Of a stretch of 64,000 nucleotides of DNA, positions 30,139 through 39,844 are shown one piece after another; position 1 is the first letter of the stretch, and each line of letters starts with the position of its first letter. The stretch is from assembly GCF_000737315.1 (NCBI RefSeq), contig NZ_JMCB01000002.1, positions 186,001-250,000 on the forward strand, in the 5' to 3' direction. This DNA is from Hyalangium minutum. GTDB lineage: Bacteria; Myxococcota; Myxococcia; Myxococcales; Myxococcaceae. The notes under the pieces were generated by a model. The model worked only from the letters and a program-made list of their open reading frames with translations, was not told where the DNA came from and did no database searches. A program made the translations under genes and the position numbers.

Positions 30139-31182
30139 TCATGCAGCCCCCGGAACGGACAGCCGGTTCTGGCGATTCGTGCCCAGCCACGTGTCCCGGC
30201 CGAGCTTCGAGGCCCAGCCGGTAGTGAGGCTGAAGGTATGGGAGAGGCTCTCGGCGAGGATGAGCTCGAAGGTGTATTCGAGCGGATCCCGGACGAAGAG
30301 CGAGACGATCTCGCGCGCGAGCGGGTACAAGTCCCCGTCCGCCATGAGGCGGCGCCAGGCTCGCGGGGAGAGCGGGCCGATTTCCACCTGGAAGCGCCCC
30401 ATGCGGTCGAATGCCCTGCCGCCTAGCAGCATGTTGCGCCCGAGCAGGTTGTTGACCACGCCCAGCTGCGCGCGAGCGTCGATGTCTACCCAGCGGCCCA
30501 CGAACTGCCGGACGGTGACACGTGCACCCTCTAGTTCCTCGGAGAGCACCTCCTGCAAGGCAATCTCCAGCTTTTCGGCTGTGCGGATGCGGCTGACCAA
30601 CAGGGAGGCGATCCGCAAGAGCCGCCAAGGCGGCAGAATCCCAGGCCAGGTTCGCTCGTACGTGTCGAAGCCCGACAGAGCCAGGAGGCGGCGGGACCAC
30701 TGATCGGTGCAGCTCGCCGTCAGCTCGCGGGTAACGCGGTATCGCGATTCGATGCGATACAGGAGTGACAGGAGCCGGTGATGAAACAGGTCCAGGAACT
30801 CCCGCTGTGTCGCGTCATCCGGATCCTCCTGGGCCACCTCCTCAGCCATGAAGAGCGGCAGAGGCGAGGCAGAGCCTGTGAGTCCCAAGAAGGTCGTCGA
30901 GACCTCGAACAGGGGCCGCCGGCTGAACTCATCGTCCTGACGAACGGGCACCTGCCGGAGCACGACCGCACTGACATCGCTCGAAGAGAAACCGAGCGAC
31001 GGATCATGCCGGAAGCGGATGCGCTCCTCGTTCACCGGCCCCAGCTCGCCTACGCGAGCTGCGTCCGAGGTGAGGCGCTCGAGGAACGCCACCAGCGGGA
31101 AGAACCCTGGCCGACGAGGCGCCCGGAGGATGATCTCCGACGCCTCTACAAGGTCAACTGGGAGCCGTTCCGCGGTGGCCAC
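30139..31182 (-). CDS. tssG: T6SS baseplate TssG
   Basis: IRFRHDPSLGF, FLGLTGSASPLP, FLDLFHHRLLSLLY, VRQFVGRWV, LGRDTWLG; follows tssF. Confidence 0.93.
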   Translation of the reverse strand: MATAERLPVDLVEASEIILRAPRRPGFFPLVAFLERLTSDAARVGELGPVNEERIRFRHDPSLGFSSSDVSAVVLRQVPVRQDDEFSRRPLFEVSTTFLGLTGSASPLPLFMAEEVAQEDPDDATQREFLDLFHHRLLSLLYRIESRYRVTRELTASCTDQWSRRLLALSGFDTYERTWPGILPPWRLLRIASLLVSRIRTAEKLEIALQEVLSEELEGARVTVRQFVGRWVDIDARAQLGVVNNLLGRNMLLGGRAFDRMGRFQVEIGPLSPRAWRRLMADGDLYPLAREIVSLFVRDPLEYTFELILAESLSHTFSLTTGWASKLGRDTWLGTNRQNRLSVPGAA

Positions 31183-32888
31183 GTGTACTCCATGTGTGAA
31201 GGCTGGAGCCGGATGCCCAGCTCATTGAAGGAATTGACGGTCACGTTCGAGGCGAACAGCTCGTCGAGGATGCAGCCGAAGAGGAACGCGTCCCCGGCTC
31301 CTAGAAAGCTCGTCTCATCGAGCGCCGCCGTGACGCGGTTGCCGCGCAGCGGGCTGCCCTCGAGGAAGCGCGTCCCCGCTCGGACCTCGACGGAGCGGAT
31401 GGCGTTGATGCGCAGCCGGGTGGCCCGCGCCGCCAGGTCATCCGTGAGCCCCTTGAAGTTGTAGAGCTCGAGCAGCCGGCGCAGCACCTCCACATCCGAG
31501 AGGGTCTGCTGGTTCACCGCCAGGTGAGAGAGCAGCCGCCAGTGGAGTTCCGTGCCGAGTGGCGCACGCGCGGGCCGGCTCACGGGGGAGATGTTCTTGA
31601 AGCGCGCGTTCGTCGGAGAGGTGATGGTGGGCAGGTGGACATCCCCCACCTGCAGCCGCGTGGGGAGCGAGCGGTGCGTACACGTGAGCTCGATGGACAG
31701 CGTCTCCTCCTCGATGGAGGGCATCACGTCCCGGGGCGTCTCCAGCGACAGATACGTGTCGATGCCGTCGTCAATGGGCGACGCCGCCCTGCGCAGGCGG
31801 TAGAAGGCAGGCTCCACGCCGTGCCCCGCGGCGTGGGCAAACTCGAAGAAGGGGCGGTAGGTGCGCCGCTCGTTGGCCCCGGCCTGCAGGCCGATGACCG
31901 AGTCCACCGAGAAGATCTCCATGTGCCTCGGCTCGACGCCTTCGGCGCGCAGGAGCTGGTCGTGGGACAGCACACTGTGGCGCAGAGGGTGCGCGGAGGC
32001 AGAGAAGAGGTTGACCGCAGGCGTGCAGTAGAGGCGGAACATCTCCTGGCCCACGCGCGCCTCCAAAGGGGGCGGGCGCTCGAACTGGAAGGCCAGCTCG
32101 AACCGGTCGCTCGCGATGTGCTTTGCGGCATCCAGCCCCCGTACCTCGAAGAAGAGGAACTTCTCCGGCAGGGTGAAGTACTCCTGGAGCTGCCGATAGC
32201 CCTCGGCGGAGCGAGGCCAGGGCAGCATGCGGAAATCCCGATCGAACCCCAGCGGGTGGATGGCCCGAGGTCCGAGCTGGACGGACTTCCCGAAGTCGTT
32301 GTTGACCTGGACGCCGCGGCAGTAGCGCAGCAGCCACAGGAGCATGAGGGCGCTGGTGGCCAGCTCGGCGTGGATGAACAGCCGCAGCCCCTCGGCCCGG
32401 AAGATCTCCGGATAAATCTGCTCGTGGGCCTGGAAGAAGAGCCGCAGCACGGGGGAGGTGACAGACGACTTGTCGAGCAGCGCCTCCTCCAGCGTCAGCG
32501 GGAGCAGCTCCACATCCGAGGTGGTGCGGAAGACGCACGAGGTGCCATCGAGCGGGCGTGCCCCAATCTCCACCCCGGCGGGGATGGTGGCCCGGCCGCG
32601 CAGCGCCTTCACCTGCGGGGTGAACTCGATGACGGTGGAGGCGGGGACGGGCCGCAGGTAGTGCGGCAGCAGCAGGTCCGTCAGGACATGGACCATCTCT
32701 GGCACGTCGTCGTCCACGCGCTCGCGGATGCGCGCCGTCAGGAAGGCGAAGCCCTCGAGCAGCCGCTCGACGTCGGGATCCGCGCCACGCTCCACGAGCA
32801 TGCCCGCGACGCCGGGGTTGGCCAGGCCGAACGCGCGCCCCATTTCCCGGAGGTAGGCCAACTCGCTCAAGAAGTACTTGCTGAACAT
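31146..32888 (-). CDS. tssF: T6SS baseplate TssF
   Basis: YFLSELAYLRE, DPDVERLLEGFAFLTARI, LLPHYLRPVPA, LQEYFTLPEKFLF, LYCTPAVNLF. Confidence 0.96.
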   Translation of the reverse strand: MFSKYFLSELAYLREMGRAFGLANPGVAGMLVERGADPDVERLLEGFAFLTARIRERVDDDVPEMVHVLTDLLLPHYLRPVPASTVIEFTPQVKALRGRATIPAGVEIGARPLDGTSCVFRTTSDVELLPLTLEEALLDKSSVTSPVLRLFFQAHEQIYPEIFRAEGLRLFIHAELATSALMLLWLLRYCRGVQVNNDFGKSVQLGPRAIHPLGFDRDFRMLPWPRSAEGYRQLQEYFTLPEKFLFFEVRGLDAAKHIASDRFELAFQFERPPPLEARVGQEMFRLYCTPAVNLFSASAHPLRHSVLSHDQLLRAEGVEPRHMEIFSVDSVIGLQAGANERRTYRPFFEFAHAAGHGVEPAFYRLRRAASPIDDGIDTYLSLETPRDVMPSIEEETLSIELTCTHRSLPTRLQVGDVHLPTITSPTNARFKNISPVSRPARAPLGTELHWRLLSHLAVNQQTLSDVEVLRRLLELYNFKGLTDDLAARATRLRINAIRSVEVRAGTRFLEGSPLRGNRVTAALDETSFLGAGDAFLFGCILDELFASNVTVNSFNELGIRLQPSHMEYTWPPRNGSQLTL

Positions 32889-32910
32889 GAAATGCCCTCG
32901 GACTGCTGGC

Positions 32911-33306
32911 TCACCACAGATCGATTTGGCTGTTTCGCCCCAGCCGCGTGTAGAAGCGGATGGGCCGGCGGGAACCCCGGTGCACCAGTTGTGCGGAGAC
33001 CTCGAACTTGAGGCTGGTGGGGTCCAGCTCGTCAGGAACGTGAAGGACGGCGACGTTCTTCAGGCGCGGCTCGTATTCCTGGATGGCCTGCCGCAGAGAC
33101 ATCTGCATCCGCTCGATGGCGGACGGGAACGTGTGGATGATGTCGTTGAAGTCCATGATGCCAAAGCCGGGCGCCGCCACGGACTCCCCCTTGCGGGTGT
33201 TGAACAGCACGCGCAGGTGCTGGGTGACCTCCTCGACGGGATCGCCCCGCCGCGAGGTATGCACATCGCCACTCTTGATTCGGGAGAAGAGGCCGCGGGT
33301 CGCCAT
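32911..33306 (-). CDS. tssE: T6SS baseplate TssE (gp25-like)
   Basis: HLRVLFNTRKG, FGIMDF, IQEYEPRLKNV; located between hcp and tssF. Confidence 0.93.
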   Translation of the reverse strand: MATRGLFSRIKSGDVHTSRRGDPVEEVTQHLRVLFNTRKGESVAAPGFGIMDFNDIIHTFPSAIERMQMSLRQAIQEYEPRLKNVAVLHVPDELDPTSLKFEVSAQLVHRGSRRPIRFYTRLGRNSQIDLW

Positions 33307-33322
33307 GGGTGTGGAACCTCCA

Positions 33323-33355
33323 GGGGAGCGCCCGATGCCGAAACGGGCGCCCCCC
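33323..33355 (-). other. GC-rich stem-loop between hcp and tssE (attenuator or mRNA stabiliser)
   Basis: Minus strand GGGGGGCGCCCG-tttcggcat-CGGGCGCTCCCC: 12-bp stem with one G-U pair, no poly-U tail, just before the tssE GGAGG. Confidence 0.55.
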
Positions 33356-33366
33356 TGAAGCGGGAG

Positions 33367-33858
33367 CTAGCGCTGCTGGCTCCAGGAATCCTCGTGCGTC
33401 ACGCCACCGTTGGTGTACGTCCAGCTGATGGTGTGGAACACGAACGTGAGCTCCTCGAGGGCCGGATCCTTCGAGGTGGCCGGGACGATGGTGTCCGGCA
33501 CCACGTGCTTGATGGTGTTGATGCGGCCCTGCTTGAACGTCGTCGTGTAGAACTGCTCCGTCGTGCCGTCACCGGTCGGGTTCGGGCGGAAGAACTTGAA
33601 CGTCGCCTCGATGACCTGGTTCTCGCACAGCGCCTTCATCAGCAGCGGCGTGGACTTGTCGATGCGCTTACGGATGAGCAGCGGCTGGTACTGGCGCCGG
33701 CCCGTGGCGAGGCCGGAGCCGGACTCGCGCGCGGTGATGACGCCCTGCTCGTAGTAGACGCACTCGATGGAGCCTTCGCGGCCCAGGCTGACCTGGGTGC
33801 TCTCGCCCTTGATCTCCGTGCCGTTTGCCTTCAAGTAGAGATGTACTGTCTCGGCCAT
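33367..33858 (-). CDS. hcp: T6SS tube protein Hcp (TssD)
   Basis: HLYLKANGTEIKGES, GRRQYQPLLIRKRIDKSTPLL, FHTISWTY, EDSW. Confidence 0.96.
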   Translation of the reverse strand: MAETVHLYLKANGTEIKGESTQVSLGREGSIECVYYEQGVITARESGSGLATGRRQYQPLLIRKRIDKSTPLLMKALCENQVIEATFKFFRPNPTGDGTTEQFYTTTFKQGRINTIKHVVPDTIVPATSKDPALEELTFVFHTISWTYTNGGVTHEDSWSQQR

Positions 33859-33894
33859 TTCTGCCTCGTTGGGACTGCGGGGTGGGTTGCTGAA

Positions 33895-33916
33895 CCGGGC
33901 CCGTTGCCGGGCCCGG
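33895..33916 (-). other. Perfect 9-bp hairpin with GCAA (GNRA) tetraloop upstream of hcp
   Basis: Minus strand CCGGGCCCG-GCAA-CGGGCCCGG, ending 36 nt before the hcp ATG. Confidence 0.6.
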
Positions 33917-33988
33917 CGGTGATGAGGACTTCACCGGCTGCCTGGTGCGACGACAGCCAGTCCTCTCCCGCTCCAGAGGGAGCGAGGA

Positions 33989-35476
33989 TCACTGCTTGTC
34001 GAGCTTGCCGACGAGCGACAGGGTGAAGGAGGCACCCATGTACTTGAAGTGGGGACGGACCTGGACGCTGCACCGGTACCAGCCGGGCTGGCCCTCCACG
34101 TCCTCGACGCTGACGCGCGCGTTGCGCAGCGGCCGGCGCGAGCGGACCGCCGGCGCCGGATCATCCATGTCCGCGACGTACTGGCTCAGCCAGTTGTTCA
34201 GCTCGCGCTCGAGGTCCGAGCGCTCCTTCCAGCTGCCGATCTGCTCGCGCTGGAGCACTTTGATGTAGTGCGCCAGGCGGGTCATGATGAACATGTAGGG
34301 CAACTGGGTGCTGAGCCGGTAGTTCGTCTCCGCCGCCTTGCCCTCGGGCGTACCGCCGAAGAGCTTGGGACGCTGCGTGGAGTTGGCCGAGAAGAAGGCC
34401 GCGTTGTCCGCGGACTTGCGGAACACCATGCCGATGAAGCCCTCCTCGGACAGCTCGTACTCGCGCCGCTCGGTGAGGAGCACCTCGGTGGGGATCTTCG
34501 TCTGGATCTCCCCCATGGCCTCGTAGTTGTGCAGCGGCAGGTTCTCCACCGCGCCGCCGGACTGCGGGCCGATGATGTTCGGGGCCCAGCGGAACTTGGC
34601 GAACGACGCGGCCACGCGGGTGGCCAGTGCCGTGGAGGCGGTGCCCCACAGGTATCGCTCATGGTGGCCGACGACGTCCTCGTTGTAGTTGAAGGACTTC
34701 ACCGGCACGGTGGCCTCGCCGTAGGGCAGGCGCAGCAGGAAGCGCGGCAGGCACAGCCCCACGTAGCGGCTGTCCTCGCTGTCGCGGAAGGACTGCCAGC
34801 GCGCGTACTGAGGCATCTCGAACATCGCCTTCAGGTCCTTGAGGTTCGGCAGGTTGAGGAAGCTCTTCTCGCCGAAGAACTCAGGCCCCGCGTTGGAGAT
34901 GAACGGCGCATGGGCCATGGCCGCCACCGAGGCGCACTTGGTCAGCAGCGCCATGTCCTGCGGGCCGGGCCCGAAGTCGAAATCCCCGCACATCAGCCCG
35001 TAGGGCTTGCCACCGAACACGCCATACTCGTTGGAGTAGACGAGCTTGTAGAGGCCGGACTTCACCGTCTCAGGAGCGTCCTCGAAGTCCTTGAGCAGGT
35101 CTCCCTTGGACACGTTGAGCATCTCCACGCGGATGTTCTCGCGGAAGTCCACCTTGTCGATGAGGAACTTCAGCCCGCGCCACCGGGACTCCATGGACTG
35201 GAGGGTGGGGTGGTGGAGGATCTCGTCCAGCTGGGAGCTCATCCGCCGGTCGATCTCGGCGATCATCGCGTCCACCAGCGCCTGGTCGATGCGCTCCTGG
35301 GGCCGATGGGGCGCCAGCATCTCGGTGATGAAGGCCTGGACGCCGCGGCGGGCCACGTCGTACCCCTCGTCGCGCGGCTTGAGCTTGGCCTCGGCGAGGA
35401 TGGTGTCGAGCAGCGAGCCGTCGCTCTCCACCGTGGTCTTCGAGTCGTTCTTGAGCAGGTTCTTGTCGGTATTCAT
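33989..35476 (-). CDS. tssC: T6SS sheath large subunit TssC (VipB)
   Basis: IAEIDRRMSSQLDEILHH, EYGVFGGKPYG, AHAPFI, YVGLCLPRFLLRLPYG, LPYMFIMTRLAHYIKV, VRPHFKY. Confidence 0.97.
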   Translation of the reverse strand: MNTDKNLLKNDSKTTVESDGSLLDTILAEAKLKPRDEGYDVARRGVQAFITEMLAPHRPQERIDQALVDAMIAEIDRRMSSQLDEILHHPTLQSMESRWRGLKFLIDKVDFRENIRVEMLNVSKGDLLKDFEDAPETVKSGLYKLVYSNEYGVFGGKPYGLMCGDFDFGPGPQDMALLTKCASVAAMAHAPFISNAGPEFFGEKSFLNLPNLKDLKAMFEMPQYARWQSFRDSEDSRYVGLCLPRFLLRLPYGEATVPVKSFNYNEDVVGHHERYLWGTASTALATRVAASFAKFRWAPNIIGPQSGGAVENLPLHNYEAMGEIQTKIPTEVLLTERREYELSEEGFIGMVFRKSADNAAFFSANSTQRPKLFGGTPEGKAAETNYRLSTQLPYMFIMTRLAHYIKVLQREQIGSWKERSDLERELNNWLSQYVADMDDPAPAVRSRRPLRNARVSVEDVEGQPGWYRCSVQVRPHFKYMGASFTLSLVGKLDKQ

Positions 35477-35498
35477 GGGTGGTTTTCCTCGGGAGGGG

Positions 35499-36008
35499 CT
35501 ACTGCTTCGGCGCGCTCTTCTCGTCAGCCTTCATGCCGAGCTCGCGCATGAGCGTCTGGCGGCTGTCCGCGTCGTTGAGCAGGTCCTGGAGCTTGCGGCG
35601 GAACGCGGGGATGTTGCCCAGGGGGCCCTTGAGGGCGTGCAGCGCGTGGCGCAGCCGCAGCAGCTTCTCGAGCTCCGGCACCTGGTGGACGATGCTCTCC
35701 GGGTTGAAGTCGGAGATGTTGCGGAACTGCAGCGTCACCGGCAGCGTGGCGCCCTCTTCCTGGGAGAGCTTGTCCGGCACGGAGAGCGACACCTTGAGGT
35801 TCTGCTGCGCCATCACGTCGTTGAAGTTGTCCTTGTCGACGTTGATGGGAGCCCGCTCCTCGATGGGCCGCTCATCGGGCATCCCCGTGAAGTCCCCCAT
35901 CATGAGGATCTTCAGCGGCAGCTCGACTTGCTCCTGCGCGTTGCCGGTCGCAGGTTGGTAGACGATGTTGACGCGCTCAGTGGGGGCTACGGAGGTTTCC
36001 TTGCTCAT
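35499..36008 (-). CDS. tssB: T6SS sheath small subunit TssB (VipA)
   Basis: RVNIVY, VELPLKILMMGDF, DFNPESIVHQVPELEKLL, LKGPLGN. Confidence 0.97.
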   Translation of the reverse strand: MSKETSVAPTERVNIVYQPATGNAQEQVELPLKILMMGDFTGMPDERPIEERAPINVDKDNFNDVMAQQNLKVSLSVPDKLSQEEGATLPVTLQFRNISDFNPESIVHQVPELEKLLRLRHALHALKGPLGNIPAFRRKLQDLLNDADSRQTLMRELGMKADEKSAPKQ

Positions 36009-36140
36009 CTGCGGCCAATCCTTTGTTGGGTACGAGGGTTGAGGTGCGGACTGCGGTACGGCGGGTGAAAAGACAGACGGGGAGCCAGACGGCGCGCGGA
36101 GCGGCCGCGGAGTGAGGACTTCCGTGTGGACACGGCACCG

Positions 36141-39100
36141 CTAGGGCGAAGTCTTCGCGGTGACGATGGGCGGAGGGCAGCCCTGGACGGCCTGGGAGAT
36201 GCCGGCGGGAGGGACCAGGCGCGGGTCCCGGAAGATCTGCAGCAGCCGCGAGGTGTTGCTCCCCGACGTGCCGAAGAAGGGGTTGGCGAGGCGCTCGGGA
36301 CGCAGGTCGATGGAGATCTGCGCGTTGTTCAGATCGGGGACTTCCCAGGTGGCGGTGAAGAAGCGGCCGTCCGTGCTGGGCTCGATCTTCTTGGCGCGCT
36401 CCAGGAGGCGGAAGAGGCCCCACTCACCCGGCGCGTCGAGGTCCGCGGTGTTGCCTGAGGTGCTCACGATGTGGATGTGGGCGCCGAGCTTGCCCGCGGG
36501 ACCCGGCCAGGTCATGGCCCTCCACCGGTCATCGGGGCCATTGCGGTAGAGTTCTTCGGAGCCATCCAGGGTCAGGGTGATCGATGCGATCTCCGAGGGA
36601 GCGGAATCCGCCGCGGTGCCCGGGCGCATGCGCACCATGAAGCGGACGAGCGGCTCCTGGGTGTCGCCGGGGAACAGCGTCATGGCGAGGTTGTTGATGC
36701 GCTCCAGGTAGGTGAGCAGCTCATCCTTGTACAGACCCATGCCAGGGGCGGTCTTCACCGCGAACACATGGCGCCTTCCATCCGGGAGCACCTCCTCGCT
36801 GAGCTGGGTCTGCAGGAACTTCCGGACCGTGCCCGTGGAGGGATGCAGGAACTGGGTGAACTCAGGCAGGGGCGCATCCAGCAGCGAGTCCTTGTTGAAG
36901 GGGTACCTGTTGGCCATCAGGGACACGAAGGGCCCGAAGATCTCGTCACACCACTTCCGGCTCTTCTTCTCGGCCACGTCTCGCCGGACGACCGTCCCCA
37001 CCTGCTTGAGCGGAGGCAGAAGGATCTGCTCGAAGACGGCGTGAGCGCCTTCCTGGCTCTGAATGAGCAGCGAGACGGTGTTGCGGGTGGAGGTGATCTT
37101 CTCGATCAACACCATGGCCTCGTTGGGCTTGTCGCGCACCTCCTTCAGGGTGGTGAGCACCAGGTTGAGCTGGTCCTGGTAGGAGTCGAGCTGCGTCAGC
37201 TTTTCCTCGCCGTCATCAGTCGCCGAGGTCTTGGTGATGAAGGCCAGGATGGGGCTGAAGTTCTTCTCCACGGCCGCAGGGGTCAGCTCGGTCTCGCCTA
37301 TCGAGGACTCGGGATCGACGAGCCGGGCAGGCCCCTCCTCCGTCGCGGAAGTGCCGGCGGGCTTGTTGAGGGCCTTGGAGATCAGCGCGGACAGCGTGTT
37401 GCCCGAGGCCACCTTGGGGCTCTCCAGATGAACGTTGTAGGCGAGCGTGCGGAAGAGCTTGCCAATGGGGGCTGGCTTGCCTCGTGTGAGGCTCTCGAGG
37501 AGCAGCTCCGTCTGGCTCCAGTCCTTGGGCTCCTCCACGCGGACGGAGTAGAGGAAGTCTGTCCACTCCTGGATGTACTGCTGGTAGTAGCGGGTGCGGA
37601 GCTCCGCGCGGTTGGCCTCCTCGTTCTCGCGGGAGTCCCGGTTGAGCACCCAGGCCTCGGAACCCTGGAAGGCCGAGTCCATTCGCGCACGGACCCACTC
37701 CTCCCAGGCCAGCCGCGTGAAGGCGCCGTTGACGCGCTTCGTCGCCCGCATGAAGGGGACGGCACCCACCGAGTCGCCCAGGGACACGCCCGGGTACTCA
37801 CGGTTGGCCTGGCTGACGATGCGCTCCAGCTCCAGCGTTGCGAGCGGGACTCGGTTGAGGGCCCGGCGGGCGGAGATCACCACCCGCTCGTCTCGCGAGA
37901 AGGCCAGCTGGAGAGGGTCCGCCGCCAGCATGGCGATGTACGTCTGCGCGTGGCGGGTGATGGCTTGCTCGAGGCTCACCTCTCCGTTGCGATCGCGGAT
38001 GTCCTCCCAGTGCCGGAGCATCTGCTTGACGATCCACGCCTGATGCGATTCATCGAGCGGTGGCTCGTTCGGAGGCCGGGGATAGGCAGGGTTGGGAGAG
38101 TCGGTGAGGTAGGTGATGAGCAGATACATCTTCAGATCATCGAAGTGCTTGCCGTAGGACTCGTTGCTGGGCTTCCAGTCCACCCGGTCCTGGTTCTGAG
38201 CGAACAGCTCCAGGTTCTGCCGGATGCGATCATGCTGACGGCCGAGGAGCAGCCACTTGAGCTGGCTGTTGTAGAAGGATTGGGCCAGCGCGAAGAGCTG
38301 GTCTCCCTTGTACAGGCCCAGGCGCAGCCACAGCGGTACGCCCTCTACCCGGTGCCGGTTCAGATCCGCAAGGTGTTGCTGCAGAGGGCTCAGCTCCTGG
38401 ATGCGGCTGATGTCGTCGTTGGTCTCCAGCTTCACCGCGACAATGGTGTCGCGGACCTTACGGAGCATCTGCCGGTTCTTGAAGAAGGAGATCGTAGGCA
38501 GGGTCAGCAGCGCCACGGTGAAGGCGAGGCAGGCTCCCGCCACGGCGTAGCGGCGCTTGCGCCGGCGGATCTCTTCCATGGAGCTGATGACCGCGAGCTT
38601 CTGGTCCTGGAACATGACCTTGGTGAACACGTCCCAGAGGAAGAAGCTGCGGCTCTCCGAGGTCTGCTCGGGGTTGACGCGAGGCGCGGCGAGCGTCGGC
38701 TCGCTGGAGGAGGCAGAAGCGCGCGGGTCGGTGACGCGGTGCTCCTGGGAGCCGCTGGTGAAGTAGACGCCGCGCATGATGGGAGTGTCTTGGAAGACGT
38801 TCTCCATGAAGAGCGGCTGGATGAACTCCGTGAGGTTCTTGCGGATCGCGTGCACGCTGTGCGGGAACTGGTAGATGCGCTCGCGTGCCTCCAGCCGCCG
38901 CTCCTGGCCGATCCGCCGGACGGAGCGCTGCTCCAGGATGGCGGTGAGCTCGTCGAAGCGCTTGAGCAGCAGCTCGGTGGGCGCCTCGGGCTGAGCCGTC
39001 AGCGGCACGGTGAAGCCCCAGATCTGCCCTCGCTCGGAGCGAGGCAGGTCGGCGAACATCTCCACGAACCCGGTGAGCAGATCACACTTGGTGATCATCA

Positions 39101-39842
39101 CGTAGATGGGGACCACGATGCGCAGCCGGGACGTCAGCTCGTCGATGCGCTCGCGCAGCCGCTGGCCCAGCTCGCCTGCGGCCTGGGGATCTGCGCCCAT
39201 CAGCTCGCTCACGCTCACCGTCACGACGAGCCCATTGAGGGGCCGATAGGGCCGGTGCTTGCCCAGGGTGTCCAGGAACGAGATCCACTCATCCCGGTCT
39301 TCTTCCGACTCGACATAGCGGCCCGCCGCGTCCAGGAACACCGCGTCATTGGTGAGCCACCAGTCGCAGTGACGTGTCGGGCTCACACTTCGCCCGTTCC
39401 CACCGCCCCGGTTGGAAAGGTAAGGGAACTTCAGCCCAGAGTTGCGCAGGGCGGTGCTCTTGCCCGACTCGGTGGAGCCGATGACGAGGTACCACGGCAA
39501 AACCGTGAGCGCGTCCCGCCCACCTCGAGCGAGCTTGGACGTCTTCAGCGACGAGATGGCACGGGAGAACTCGGCCTGCATGGCCTCGATCTCCGGGCGG
39601 GCCTCGGTGCGAGGAGCTGCCTTGGCTGGCTGCGGCGCTGAGGCCTCCGGAGGCTTCTGTTCAGCCTGCTCGGCTTTCTTCCTCGCGGCGCGGGCGCGCC
39701 AGCGGCGGACCATGGAGACGATCAGTGCAAAGAACAACGTCACAGCCGTAGCGGCCAGTCCCAGCCAGACAGGTTGATGGAAGTACCAGGTGCCTCCCCA
39801 GATGAGGCCCAACAGCAGTGTGATGAGGAAGAAGAACTTCAT
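36141..39842 (-). CDS. tssM: T6SS membrane complex TssM (IcmF)
   Basis: N-terminal TM helices, LPWYLVIG with Walker A-like GSTESGKST, CDWWLT, LDAAGRY, RPLNGLVV, TKCDLLTGFVEMF, RGVYFTSG, NRYPF, GEWGLFRLL. Confidence 0.96.
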   Translation of the reverse strand: MKFFFLITLLLGLIWGGTWYFHQPVWLGLAATAVTLFFALIVSMVRRWRARAARKKAEQAEQKPPEASAPQPAKAAPRTEARPEIEAMQAEFSRAISSLKTSKLARGGRDALTVLPWYLVIGSTESGKSTALRNSGLKFPYLSNRGGGNGRSVSPTRHCDWWLTNDAVFLDAAGRYVESEEDRDEWISFLDTLGKHRPYRPLNGLVVTVSVSELMGADPQAAGELGQRLRERIDELTSRLRIVVPIYVMITKCDLLTGFVEMFADLPRSERGQIWGFTVPLTAQPEAPTELLLKRFDELTAILEQRSVRRIGQERRLEARERIYQFPHSVHAIRKNLTEFIQPLFMENVFQDTPIMRGVYFTSGSQEHRVTDPRASASSSEPTLAAPRVNPEQTSESRSFFLWDVFTKVMFQDQKLAVISSMEEIRRRKRRYAVAGACLAFTVALLTLPTISFFKNRQMLRKVRDTIVAVKLETNDDISRIQELSPLQQHLADLNRHRVEGVPLWLRLGLYKGDQLFALAQSFYNSQLKWLLLGRQHDRIRQNLELFAQNQDRVDWKPSNESYGKHFDDLKMYLLITYLTDSPNPAYPRPPNEPPLDESHQAWIVKQMLRHWEDIRDRNGEVSLEQAITRHAQTYIAMLAADPLQLAFSRDERVVISARRALNRVPLATLELERIVSQANREYPGVSLGDSVGAVPFMRATKRVNGAFTRLAWEEWVRARMDSAFQGSEAWVLNRDSRENEEANRAELRTRYYQQYIQEWTDFLYSVRVEEPKDWSQTELLLESLTRGKPAPIGKLFRTLAYNVHLESPKVASGNTLSALISKALNKPAGTSATEEGPARLVDPESSIGETELTPAAVEKNFSPILAFITKTSATDDGEEKLTQLDSYQDQLNLVLTTLKEVRDKPNEAMVLIEKITSTRNTVSLLIQSQEGAHAVFEQILLPPLKQVGTVVRRDVAEKKSRKWCDEIFGPFVSLMANRYPFNKDSLLDAPLPEFTQFLHPSTGTVRKFLQTQLSEEVLPDGRRHVFAVKTAPGMGLYKDELLTYLERINNLAMTLFPGDTQEPLVRFMVRMRPGTAADSAPSEIASITLTLDGSEELYRNGPDDRWRAMTWPGPAGKLGAHIHIVSTSGNTADLDAPGEWGLFRLLERAKKIEPSTDGRFFTATWEVPDLNNAQISIDLRPERLANPFFGTSGSNTSRLLQIFRDPRLVPPAGISQAVQGCPPPIVTAKTSP

Positions 39843-39844
39843 GA

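Noticed and set aside
30143-30700. N-terminal extension of the 29057 lipoprotein ORF
   Set aside because: It lies inside tssG in another frame; the lipobox fits ATG 30088 or 30142.
36471-39641. 1056-aa ORF antisense to tssM
   Set aside because: Shadow ORF caused by GC3 bias on the coding strand; no motifs, and it fully overlaps a clear gene.
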